From: Bdellovibrionales bacterium
GTDB taxonomy: Bacteria > Bdellovibrionota > Bdellovibrionia > Bdellovibrionales > UBA1609
Reading direction: 5' to 3'
Length of the DNA stretch: 62,797 bases
Assembly: GCA_041690295.1 (NCBI GenBank)
Contig: JAWLHR010000019.1
Location: 1-62,797, forward strand
The notes under the pieces: model-generated
Databases searched by the model: none
Seen by the model: only the letters and a program-made list of their open reading frames with translations
Told to the model about the DNA's origin: nothing
Shown: one piece after another, positions 1 through 8,435 of the stretch
Layout: every line of letters begins with the position of its first letter
How positions within the stretch are numbered: the stretch's first letter is position 1
Made by a program: the position numbers and the translations under genes

Positions 1-40
1 CGCTACACTCCCTCCAGGGCATAGACCTTCCTCCTATGCC

Positions 41-97
41 CAAAAAGTGTAAACTATGTGTCCGGTACAAAATGTAAGCTATGTGTCGGAACGTTCA
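41..97. mobile_element. Probable IS481-like element end with two imperfect internal repeats; rest of the element is outside the window
   Basis: TGTAAACTATGTGTCCGG (48-65) and TGTAAGCTATGTGTCGGA (73-90), then ACGTTCA. Tandem TGT-A-CTATGT repeats resemble IS481-family termini as I remember them. No transposase in the window. Confidence 0.45.
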
Positions 98-1694
98 CTC
101 TATCTAAACCTTTTTTCCTCTCGGCCACAGGTTGGGTGGAAAGCCGGGGTTGCCCGAAAAATTGAATCTCAAGCTGATTGTTGGACCGCAGTATGATCCG
201 TTGAACTAGTTTGCTCATGATACTTCGGCGCTCGGTTCCGGTAAGGCCATCAAACTTCTTCAGAAAGTCCATAGATAGCTTTCTCAAATCTGAGAGGCCC
301 GCGCTCTCCACAAGTGTCGCCTTCGATTGCCTAAGCAGCTCAAGCTCCGTATTCGCCTGTTCACGCCGGCGTGACAGCTCCTTAACCTCGCCCTCAAGCC
401 ATTCCATAAATCCAGTCTGACCGCGCTTCTGCTGGTCCAAGAGTTGTTCGCGCAGGTGGAGAGACGCACCCTCGAGATCCGCAACCACTTTTTCCTGGTC
501 GCGAATCTTTTCCTCCAGCGCGGGGAGGTTTGCCTGGCGGCGTTTGGTGGCATCTTTGACCATTTCGCGAAACTGCGAATCGTCCAAAATTGTAGCTTTA
601 ATTTTGTTCACCACTACCTTATCCAACTCTTCACAATGGACCCGCAGCTTGTGCTTATCGTTGTAATAGTAGCGGTAACATTTGTTTCGTCCGTTGCCCG
701 GCTGGCCGTAAAATCGTGAACCATCTTCTTGGTATAACAAGTGCGACAAGAGGTAGACATAATTGTCCTTTCCAGCGCGCATCTTGTGTTTAAAAGTTGC
801 CGTAAGTTTTTCTTCCACTGAGTCGAGCAAAACTTTGTCTCTGATAAGCGGTCCATGTGGCAGCTTGATTACTTGATAGCGTTTTGATTCAGGCAACAGA
901 TCTTGATCGAGGTCTCTGTTGTCGCCATTGGCGTACCAGAGCCCTCGGTAGCGCCACTTTACATTCTCGAGCATGATGTCCAACATGTGCGCGGTGAATT
1001 CGCGACCATTTTTCCCGGTAAGTCCCAGTTCATTGGCCACGGCGAGGACTTTTTTCTTACTAGAAAGGCGGATGAAGAGGTGAAGGATCTTTTCCACTTT
1101 GACCATCTCCTCATGGTTGATGAGAAAGTGGCCCTTTTTCTCCGGGTCACGGTCCAATCCCAGGATCTCTGCCGCGCCGTTAATCTTTCCGTCCTTCAGC
1201 AGGCGAGCGAGCGCATTCTCCCGAACACGGACTGCAGTCATCTCTCTTTCAAACTGGCCAAGGGCGACCAAAATTATTACGATCACTCGGCCGAACGGAT
1301 TCGAGGTGTCGAGATCAAGGCCGATAATCACGAGATCGACTTTATGATGTTCGCAGTGGGAGACGAGGTGGAGGAAGTCGATTACCGAACGGCTCAAACG
1401 CGAAAGGTCTGTTGCCATCACAGCATGTATTTTTGATGAACCAATCAGATCCCAGAGCTCTTGATAGCCAGGTCTGTTGGTGTTCTTGCCGGAGTAGGCA
1501 AGGTCAGAGATATGCTTGTACAGAACCCATCTCTGGCCCGTCTTTTGGGACATGAACTTCATGTGACTTAGGCAGCGGTGGCGTTGCGCTTCGGGCGATG
1601 CGTCTGTGCGAACAGTTCCATCACCGTTATATGCCTGATCGATCGTGCTGACTCGATCATAGGTCGCTACCAATTTAACCTTCTCCTCTTTCAC
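54..1694 (-). CDS. Large serine recombinase (integrase)
   Basis: N-terminal YDRVST catalytic motif, YSGKNTNRPG, DLSRLSR and EREMTAVR, then a recombinase domain and coiled coil. The ORF track starts at 1721; GTG 1694 or TTG 1673 is a more likely start. Confidence 0.9.
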   Translation of the reverse strand: MKEEKVKLVATYDRVSTIDQAYNGDGTVRTDASPEAQRHRCLSHMKFMSQKTGQRWVLYKHISDLAYSGKNTNRPGYQELWDLIGSSKIHAVMATDLSRLSRSVIDFLHLVSHCEHHKVDLVIIGLDLDTSNPFGRVIVIILVALGQFEREMTAVRVRENALARLLKDGKINGAAEILGLDRDPEKKGHFLINHEEMVKVEKILHLFIRLSSKKKVLAVANELGLTGKNGREFTAHMLDIMLENVKWRYRGLWYANGDNRDLDQDLLPESKRYQVIKLPHGPLIRDKVLLDSVEEKLTATFKHKMRAGKDNYVYLLSHLLYQEDGSRFYGQPGNGRNKCYRYYYNDKHKLRVHCEELDKVVVNKIKATILDDSQFREMVKDATKRRQANLPALEEKIRDQEKVVADLEGASLHLREQLLDQQKRGQTGFMEWLEGEVKELSRRREQANTELELLRQSKATLVESAGLSDLRKLSMDFLKKFDGLTGTERRSIMSKLVQRIILRSNNQLEIQFFGQPRLSTQPVAERKKGLDRVNVPTHSLHFVPDT

Positions 1695-2211
1695 ACAAAA
1701 CTCCCGACAGCACCCGCTCAATCAATTCCTTATAGCCAGCCATGTAGTTATTGCGGCCATCCGACCCTCCAATCTCGATGATGATCAGATCGGAAACATT
1801 GAGCACGTGGCCACTGGGGCGCTGAGTGCGTTGCCGCGTGCTTTTCTGTTTCTTATACCTGGCAGAGCGTTGATTAGAACGGCATTCCTTGCACCAGCAA
1901 TCTCGTTTGCCCCACGCTTGCCAGAATGGCCCCTCGACGCCCTTTACCTTCCAATCAAATTGGTCAGAAGGCTTTTCGCGTTTGCATTTGGAGCAAATTT
2001 TCTTTCGATAACAATTCTTAAACCACTTGCGCCCATCCTTGATCGGACCGTCGCCGATCCGATAGTGCGTGAATACGCCAGCGGTTTTTATTAGCTCAAC
2101 ATCCCCTCCGAGCCAGTGAAGAAAGCCTAGGTCCGGCGGGTAGGCTAGAGTTGAAATTACCCTCAGTACGTGAGCAACAACGCAATCGACTTCGGTTGAC
2201 CCTGCATTCAC
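1675..2211 (-). CDS. Hypothetical protein with CxxC...CxxC zinc finger
   Basis: KICSKC and CWCKEC motifs; ATGA overlap with the helicase stop codon. Confidence 0.6.
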   Translation of the reverse strand: MNAGSTEVDCVVAHVLRVISTLAYPPDLGFLHWLGGDVELIKTAGVFTHYRIGDGPIKDGRKWFKNCYRKKICSKCKREKPSDQFDWKVKGVEGPFWQAWGKRDCWCKECRSNQRSARYKKQKSTRQRTQRPSGHVLNVSDLIIIEIGGSDGRNNYMAGYKELIERVLSGVLCERGEG

Positions 2212-3671
2212 TGCAGCGTCCCTTCCCTTACGTCGGCAGCACCATTGCCAATAGATTGAGACGACTGAGCATCTGACGAATTTAACGAATTAGACGAATT
2301 ACCCTCATTGTTGGGCGGTTGCTCAGGGACCACGGCGTTAGTCGAATTAGTCAAATTCGTAACTTGATTGAGGTCCCGCGCACGATAGAGAAATTTCTTA
2401 GGGCCGTTGTCCTGAACCTCCTTAATTTCGATGAGGCGCGCTTCAAAGAGTATCTTGATCGCCTTGTTAATTTCTTCAGCGGTTTTGTTATTGTCGAAGT
2501 GATTGATGATCGCTGTTTTAGTACGTTCCTTTTTGCTGGAGCGTAAAAATTTGAGTAGCTCGTCAGCAATCGGATCGCCCAATGAGTCGCCATAAACGAA
2601 ACGCCAGGAGTCCTCGGCGTATTTCCAGACGTGATTAGCCGCAATAAGGTGTGCTTCATCGATCTTTTCAACGCCATCATAAAACGCGAAGATCATGGCA
2701 ATCCTGACAATCATAGGTTCAGTGCGAGCAGTGAGAGATCCTAGCATCCCTTGTAGCTCGTTGGCGGCGTAGTGGCGATAGAGCGAGTCCCAGTATTTTC
2801 CCGCCGCCTCAGTGAATTTAAATTGTGGTTTTGTCTTGGCGATTTCAAAGGACTTCAAGCGCATTTTAGAGACCTCTTTTGCGAGCACATCGAGATGGTT
2901 GTCGTCGATTTCACCGCCCATCGGCTCGATGCGCGTGCGCTGCGAAAGGGCCGGGAGAAAGCGATTCGCGTAGCCATTCGCAATCTCAACTGCATTCATG
3001 GTCTTCAGCAACTCGTCAATCGTGATGTTGGTAAAGACAGAAACCAGAGGACGTGTTGACCGTATCGGAGAATTTTTGTTCTCCACGGCGACATCCTGAG
3101 CATCCCACAAATCTCTCAGCACCGGCGACACCGTGTTGCCCATCCGCTCCATAACCTTGAATAGCCGTCCGCCCTCCGATTCGTTAATGACTATGATTTT
3201 TTCCTCTTCTGTCCGGGTGACAAGATCGACGCCGGGCCCTTTTTTCTGCTTCTTTTCGTAGACGTCACTCACCATTGAGACAAGTCCCTCGCCGGACGTG
3301 ATGCCCGTTCTCATTCTCTTTTTGACGTTAGGATCAATGAGTTTGAAGAACTCCACGGCCAAATTTTTTGCGAAGCCTTTGCGTCCTTTTGCTGATTTGC
3401 CGATAACTTTGAGAAACAAAATGGGGTAATGGATATCCTTCGCGATCTTGAAATACCTCATGCCGTTCATAAAACAGCCGGCCAAAACCAAGAGGCAGCC
3501 CAGAACCGCCGCTTGACTAGCCTCTGTATGATCGGTGAGTGCCCTAGTTACGCGACCCCAGACGCCATAGAGGGCGCCTTGGTTTAATTGCGGCAATTTG
3601 TTGTTCGCATCTTTTGGGTCGAAAACCTTCCACTCACCCACGGCGTCCTCCTTTGCCGTAACGGGAAGCAT
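2208..3671 (-). CDS. DUF3987/YfjI-like P-loop helicase
   Basis: Walker A-like GKSAKGRKG, GITSGEGL, Walker B-like IVINESE, LRDLWD and GYANRFL; follows a primase. Confidence 0.8.
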   Translation of the reverse strand: MLPVTAKEDAVGEWKVFDPKDANNKLPQLNQGALYGVWGRVTRALTDHTEASQAAVLGCLLVLAGCFMNGMRYFKIAKDIHYPILFLKVIGKSAKGRKGFAKNLAVEFFKLIDPNVKKRMRTGITSGEGLVSMVSDVYEKKQKKGPGVDLVTRTEEEKIIVINESEGGRLFKVMERMGNTVSPVLRDLWDAQDVAVENKNSPIRSTRPLVSVFTNITIDELLKTMNAVEIANGYANRFLPALSQRTRIEPMGGEIDDNHLDVLAKEVSKMRLKSFEIAKTKPQFKFTEAAGKYWDSLYRHYAANELQGMLGSLTARTEPMIVRIAMIFAFYDGVEKIDEAHLIAANHVWKYAEDSWRFVYGDSLGDPIADELLKFLRSSKKERTKTAIINHFDNNKTAEEINKAIKILFEARLIEIKEVQDNGPKKFLYRARDLNQVTNLTNSTNAVVPEQPPNNEGNSSNSLNSSDAQSSQSIGNGAADVREGTLQ

Positions 3672-4551
3672 TCTTGATGAAGGTCATCAGCTCGGCCTCG
3701 GACCACGGCGGCTGACATTTCGGATTGAAGACATCGCGGAGAATCGTGAAAGCAGACGATTCGCTAAGTCCAAAGTCCTTCACGAGACGGCAAGCGACCA
3801 CGTAGGTGCTCTTATTGCCTTTGTTGCCCGACACAGCCCCCGGCACCTTTTCAATGTATTTTTCCGCGCGCACGTACTGTTCCTCTCCAGTCGAACCAAA
3901 ATTCGACAGGACCAAAACGCGCTTCGGTTTGGGTGGATCAAACCAATTTAAGTCGAAAGCAGGAGCCTTGTTAATATCAGACCAATCACCAATGGGCTCG
4001 TACCAAATTCCGCAGCTCTCGGCCCACGCGGTTTTTTCATCGAACGACAAAGCCTCATATTCTATTTCATCCATCAGGTGTTTTGCAGGATGAAGTGAAT
4101 AGGGACCGACGGCGTATCCTCCCTCGCCAAGTTGGTCGACGGCGATCTCGTGGCCATCAAGCTCAACACGAATTCGCCGTGGAACTTCCTGACCTGGTCT
4201 GATCTGGTAATACCAGTGCTCCATCTTCCCGGTTTTGACTCTAAGCGGTGTGGCCGGCAGGCGTTGTTCAAGGAGTTCTTTTGACGCCAAGTCCTCAATG
4301 TCTACGATGACAAAGCCGGAAGTGCGACCGGTAACGATCCCGAAGTTTTTCTTCGGAACCGACAAAGCTCTGCGGATAACTTCGGCCGGTGCACGAGTGG
4401 ATTTGTAGCTGCCCCATAATCCCCTCGGTGTTTTGAATGGGTACATTAGCAAGATCACGTTGAAGCCATGAGCGAGGAGCATTTCATAAAACTCCAAGCG
4501 CATTCTTAACCAATAAGACGAAAAAACCGAACGCTCGCCCTCTGCGGACAT
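3634..4551 (-). CDS. Bifunctional DNA primase/polymerase (Prim-Pol) with C-terminal PriCT-like domain
   Basis: NFGIVTG...IVDIE, HWYY, GGYAVGPYSLHP and C-terminal NPKCQPPWSEAEL; SD AAGGAGG before the ATG. Confidence 0.85.
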   Translation of the reverse strand: MSAEGERSVFSSYWLRMRLEFYEMLLAHGFNVILLMYPFKTPRGLWGSYKSTRAPAEVIRRALSVPKKNFGIVTGRTSGFVIVDIEDLASKELLEQRLPATPLRVKTGKMEHWYYQIRPGQEVPRRIRVELDGHEIAVDQLGEGGYAVGPYSLHPAKHLMDEIEYEALSFDEKTAWAESCGIWYEPIGDWSDINKAPAFDLNWFDPPKPKRVLVLSNFGSTGEEQYVRAEKYIEKVPGAVSGNKGNKSTYVVACRLVKDFGLSESSAFTILRDVFNPKCQPPWSEAELMTFIKNASRYGKGGRRG

Positions 4552-4920
4552 GTCGCCTCCTTACGGCTGAAAATGCCATTGCCGCAGTTGCAGCTAAGGC
4601 ATCGAATTAGTTGTTTGGGTTTTGCCGGAGGGCTCGGTTTTTATCGGTTAACAATCACTTTTCGGATTGCCGCTCTCGGTACGATGAGAATCTGCCCAGG
4701 GTTTTCGAGACTTTGCTCAAAAAGATAGGCGATTGCACTCGAAGAGGGTGCTACAAAATGGCGGGAAAGTTAAAGCTAAAAAATAAATCCCATGAAATGG
4801 GACTGCATCGGATTGAAGAAAAGCCAATGAAATCAAAAGGGATATTGTCGCCCAATACTTTCAATGAGCGCTGCGTAAACGATGAAAGCGAGGTCCTCTT
4901 CCCTGAAGACCCGGATTCAA

Positions 4921-5142
4921 TCAAACGACTTTGCGGTCACGGATAGGAACAATGTTCCCATCGTCGACGTTCTTTCTGGATGGATGTGATCCAACGGCAT
5001 AGTTCACCGCATGACCTGCGAGTGCCGAACCGAGACCCATCGCCATTGCGACCGCCACTTTGAACCCGAGTTCGCGCCAATCGATGTCGTACATCGTGCG
5101 TTTTGACGAACCTCTCTTAGTTGTTTGATCATGGTCTGACAT
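4921..5142 (-). CDS. Small hypothetical protein with one hydrophobic segment
   Basis: SD AAGGAG before the ATG; hydrophobic stretch VAVAMAMGLGSALAG. Confidence 0.55.
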   Translation of the reverse strand: MSDHDQTTKRGSSKRTMYDIDWRELGFKVAVAMAMGLGSALAGHAVNYAVGSHPSRKNVDDGNIVPIRDRKVV

Positions 5143-5182
5143 GTTTGCTCCTTGCCCGTTCAGGGCGGTTATGCCGTGACGA

Positions 5183-5746
5183 TCACGGCTGGTTACTTTT
5201 TACGATTCGATAAAAACTGCTCTTCGCAATTTTCAGACTGCGACAGATGCTTGCAACCGAGTTGCGCGGATCTTCTAGCAGCCGTCTCGCAGTCGCAATT
5301 TGTTCATCCGTGATCGCGCGCGGCCGTCCACCTACGCGACCCCGAAGTCTAGCGGCTTCAATTCCGGCCTTGGTCCGCTCGATCAAAATTTCTCTCTCCA
5401 TGCTGGCCATGGCTCCGAGCACAGTAAGTAGGAAGCGCCCCGATGGCGTTCGTGAATCGACAGCTTCCGTTAATGACCGGAAGCCGATTCCCCGATCTTG
5501 AAGAGAGAGTACAGTATTGAGTAAGTGGGAGACGCTGCGGCCGAGCCGGTCGATTTTCCACACCACTAAAACATCGCCATCAGATAGGCGCTGAAGAAGC
5601 GAATTCAGTCCGGGGCGATCGTCGCGAACGCCCGACATTTGATCGGTAATGATTTCGTCGCAACCCGCGGATCGCAAAGCATCAAGTTGAAGTGAAAGTG
5701 ATTGTCGGCCGTCCGAAGACGACACGCGCGCGTATCCCCATTGCAT
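5183..5746 (-). CDS. Resolvase/invertase-type small serine recombinase
   Basis: GYARVSS, DRPGL, KIDRLGR, ERTKAG, GGRPR and a C-terminal HTH. Confidence 0.95.
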   Translation of the reverse strand: MQWGYARVSSSDGRQSLSLQLDALRSAGCDEIITDQMSGVRDDRPGLNSLLQRLSDGDVLVVWKIDRLGRSVSHLLNTVLSLQDRGIGFRSLTEAVDSRTPSGRFLLTVLGAMASMEREILIERTKAGIEAARLRGRVGGRPRAITDEQIATARRLLEDPRNSVASICRSLKIAKSSFYRIVKSNQP

Positions 5747-5835
5747 CTTGCCTCCTATGGGACAGTTTGTTTGAAACGGGATTTGTGGGACAGGTTCTGA
5801 TATTAATTGGTAGAGGTTATGTACGGGCTCGACTG

Positions 5836-5863
5836 CGGTCTCAAAACGAAGGTTTTGAAACCG
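5836..5863. promoter_or_regulatory. res-like inverted repeat upstream of the resolvase
   Basis: CGGTCTCAAAAC-GAAG-GTTTTGAAACCG, an 11/12 inverted repeat about 90 bp upstream of the resolvase start. Confidence 0.6.
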
Positions 5864-5866
5864 TGC

Positions 5867-6061
5867 TCATACTCGATCGTGAATATTAAAAAGTGACTGC
5901 AGATTTGGTCTATTTGAAAATTCGGCTTGGTACATCGGCATTCGACCGTTCTCTGCAAGTTCGAGCAAGCCCGCGATCGTAAGGCAAGCGCCGCCCATTA
6001 TCCCCAGGAAATGTCCAAAAAGCGCCCACTTTTGAGCAGTGCTCAAATGATGCATCGTCAT
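5867..6061 (-). CDS. Small membrane protein
   Basis: SD AAGGAG before the ATG; hydrophobic stretch WALFGHFLGIMGGACLTIAGLL. Confidence 0.5.
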   Translation of the reverse strand: MTMHHLSTAQKWALFGHFLGIMGGACLTIAGLLELAENGRMPMYQAEFSNRPNLQSLFNIHDRV

Positions 6062-6183
6062 GATGTTCTCCTTGATTTTGAGTGGCGTTGCGCCACCTAT
6101 GTACTTATACCTCCTTTAGAAATGGAAATATCAGCACACGCCTTTGGTGCTAGTGGACGTAGGTCGAGACCGTGTAGCGAGGA

Positions 6184-7278
6184 TTGAAAAATTCCGATCA
6201 GTTTGAATATATGGACGACACATGGTTTGCCGATGGGCCAGTACACTTGTTTATAGATACGTCATGCCTTGTTTCAATGGGCTTCAATTTTTCACACAAG
6301 GGTTTTGTAACCATTGAGAACGGTGTTTCGGCCGGCGACTTAAAGGTCATCTCGACTCAAATTTTAAAAGGCGAATTTTTGAAGCATGCTGCTGCCGCGA
6401 TTGGATCGGACCTTGAAAAGCTCGGCCATCTTCACGCAATTCGAAGTCTATCAGCCGACAAAATTACAGAGATAGAGCGGGTCGCGAAGGAAGCAACTGG
6501 ACAGACCATCTGGGGCAAATTTGAAGCAATGTTTGCGCCAGAAGACATCTCTCGCAATGTAAACTGGCAAGGCGTTTTCGAGGATTACTTTGCGCTGAGA
6601 CCACCGTTCACGCTCAAAAAGAAAGACGAGTTCCCTGACGCTTTCAATTTGAAAATGATTGAAGGGCTAAATCCGGCGCGTTTGATTCTGATTTCCTCTG
6701 ATGGTGACTTTGAGCGATGGATTGCGGGTCGACAAAACATCGTCCTTTATAAAAAACTAAATGAATTTACAGATGCCTACTTGAAAATTCGGGATCCAGC
6801 ATTTGCTGCTGCAGCCATTACCGGTTTTAGAACTCTAAAAGACCAAATCCTTGAACGCCTAAAAGATGAATACAGCGCGGATCACCATTACTCGGTGAAC
6901 TGTTACCACTCGACAGTGCAATCGGGGGAAGTTACTGATTTGTCCGTCGTCTCCCATACATTAACCGCGACAGATCATGAACAAGAGTTTGCGGTATTCC
7001 AAGTCAGGGCACGAGGAACTGCAAACCTGGAACTTGATTGCCCGGTGGTTTCTTGGGATTCGATCGACAAAGAAGAAATTTTCCACGGCTCGAATCAAAA
7101 AACAACGGACGTCGACATCGACATTGAGGCGACCGTGACAATATTTGTAAATCAACAAGATCCGACTGATTCGGATTTCGAAATCAGTGATTCGACTATT
7201 CACGCCGCGGAATTTGATGTCCCCGATGCTTGGGTTTCGTTCTTAGACGATGCAGGCGATGAACACGAGCAAGGTTAA
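6184..7278 (+). CDS. PIN-like domain protein (DUF4935-like)
   Basis: LFIDTS, KKKDEFPDAF and ISSDGDF acidic PIN motifs; acidic, beta-rich C-terminal domain. Confidence 0.75.
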   Translation: MKNSDQFEYMDDTWFADGPVHLFIDTSCLVSMGFNFSHKGFVTIENGVSAGDLKVISTQILKGEFLKHAAAAIGSDLEKLGHLHAIRSLSADKITEIERVAKEATGQTIWGKFEAMFAPEDISRNVNWQGVFEDYFALRPPFTLKKKDEFPDAFNLKMIEGLNPARLILISSDGDFERWIAGRQNIVLYKKLNEFTDAYLKIRDPAFAAAAITGFRTLKDQILERLKDEYSADHHYSVNCYHSTVQSGEVTDLSVVSHTLTATDHEQEFAVFQVRARGTANLELDCPVVSWDSIDKEEIFHGSNQKTTDVDIDIEATVTIFVNQQDPTDSDFEISDSTIHAAEFDVPDAWVSFLDDAGDEHEQG

Positions 7279-7799
7279 ATTTTTCCGACTTCCCCCACTG
7301 ATTGCTGGGCGACGTTGACTGAGAACAGCCCGCGCCGAACTAAAACGTCCATCCAAAAGTTGCCCACCTCCAAAAAGTGGTGATGTAGTTTCTGCGCGTC
7401 TGAGACCTGAGCGAAGGCTTGGAAGATGGGCACGAAATCAAGAATGATTTGACCGAAGTTCCAACCCTTTTCATCCATTGCAATTTGACCGCGGTGGTAC
7501 GTGAGATGCGCCACTTCTTTGCCGACGCGCTTTTGCACTCTGCGCAACGCCGGACTCAAATTGGGCCTCACTACTGCCCATATGATGTCAGACTTCATGA
7601 AGTGCTGCGCGAACGCATCGTCGGGTTGCACGGCGCCGGGATAAAAAAAGAAAAGAAGCGATCGTGCGTGAACGAGAAACGATTCCAAGAGCGCGTTTTT
7701 GACGTTGCCGCTCATTTTTCCATCGGGGAACATCTGTTCTACGGCAGTCGCAAAGAACATCTCCAGTTCATAGGCGAGATGTTCGCCGCTGAATTCCAT
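7275..7799 (-). CDS. HEPN-like helical protein
   Basis: NALLESFLVHARSL and RVGKEVAH (R/K-x-H type HEPN signature); 174 aa. Confidence 0.55.
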   Translation of the reverse strand: MEFSGEHLAYELEMFFATAVEQMFPDGKMSGNVKNALLESFLVHARSLLFFFYPGAVQPDDAFAQHFMKSDIIWAVVRPNLSPALRRVQKRVGKEVAHLTYHRGQIAMDEKGWNFGQIILDFVPIFQAFAQVSDAQKLHHHFLEVGNFWMDVLVRRGLFSVNVAQQSVGEVGKI

Positions 7800-7913
7800 C
7801 AGCGCCTTATCAGCCGGCGTTTTTATGTCTCACCTCCAGCGTCGCAGATTCTCACGGCAGACGTTGCCAAGCAAACGTGGAGACGGTAAAAAGCCGACAT
7901 GTCGCTGGTGTTC

Positions 7914-8021
7914 TTGTTCCCGGGCCGCGCTCGCTGAGCGATGGTGCCGTGGCGCTGAATGAACGCCCTGGCCGCTTGAATGAAAGCGCCAGGTTGGCAG
8001 GTGATGAAAGTCGCAGGCCAT
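7914..8021. repeat. 108-bp direct repeat, copy 1
   Basis: TTGTTCCCGGGCCG...GTCGCAGGCCAT; 107/108 identical to 8257-8364. Confidence 0.95.
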
Positions 8022-8125
8022 CAGGACACCTGACCGCCTCAATCAGTCTGCAATTGGTCATAATCCAGGGAACTCACCGGGTGGCCGCAGATATTAAAGC
8101 CCGGGGCGGCTGGGGCTCCGCGTCG

Positions 8126-8152
8126 TTGACAAAAACCCCAAAAAGCTAAGCT
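8126..8152 (+). promoter_or_regulatory. Possible sigma70-type promoter inside the spacer
   Basis: Perfect TTGACA (8126-8131) and TAAGCT (8147-8152), but the spacing is only 15 nt. Confidence 0.3.
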
Positions 8153-8256
8153 GGATGGGGGGTCGATCATCATGCGAGCGATAGGTTCCGTTCGAGTTGG
8201 CGCGATGTCCCGAGCGCTGACGCAGCTTGTAGGGCTGTTGGGTTTGGTTGCGCTCA

Positions 8257-8364
8257 TTGTTCCCGGGCCGCGCTCGCTGAGCGATGGTGCCGTGGCGCTG
8301 AATGAACGCCCTGGCCGCTTGAATCAAAGCGCCAGGTTGGCAGGTGATGAAAGTCGCAGGCCAT
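8257..8364. repeat. 108-bp direct repeat, copy 2
   Basis: Same as 7914-8021 except GAATCAAAG versus GAATGAAAG, a change in a hairpin loop. Confidence 0.95.
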
Positions 8365-8435
8365 AGCGAACACGGGGCTTCAGGGGGGATTGAGGCTGGG
8401 TGAATCGGTGAGCTCGAGCCGCCAGAAAGTTTGAT

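Larger units (their letters stand above)
7815..8430 (+). ncRNA. Structured RT leader: hairpin, repeat 1, 235-bp spacer, repeat 2 (G2L4-like upstream element)
   Basis: Long hairpin 7815-7896, two 108-bp repeats built of short hairpins, and spacer-to-3' complementarities. It ends just before the RT start. Transcription and strand are inferred. Confidence 0.55.

Noticed and set aside
4611..4946. 111-aa plus-strand ORF as a real gene
   Set aside because: TTG start, no SD, no recognisable motif, and it opposes the operon direction.
7995..8021. Hammerhead ribozyme suggested by TGATGAAA
   Set aside because: The CUGAUGA core is absent (GTGATGA), and the segment folds better as a GAAA-tetraloop hairpin.
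7914..8364. DGR template/variable repeat pair
   Set aside because: The only difference is G versus C, not adenine-specific. Neither copy ends a convincing target gene and no avd-like gene is present.
7914..8364. CRISPR array
   Set aside because: Only two units, repeat and spacer are far too long, and there are no cas genes.
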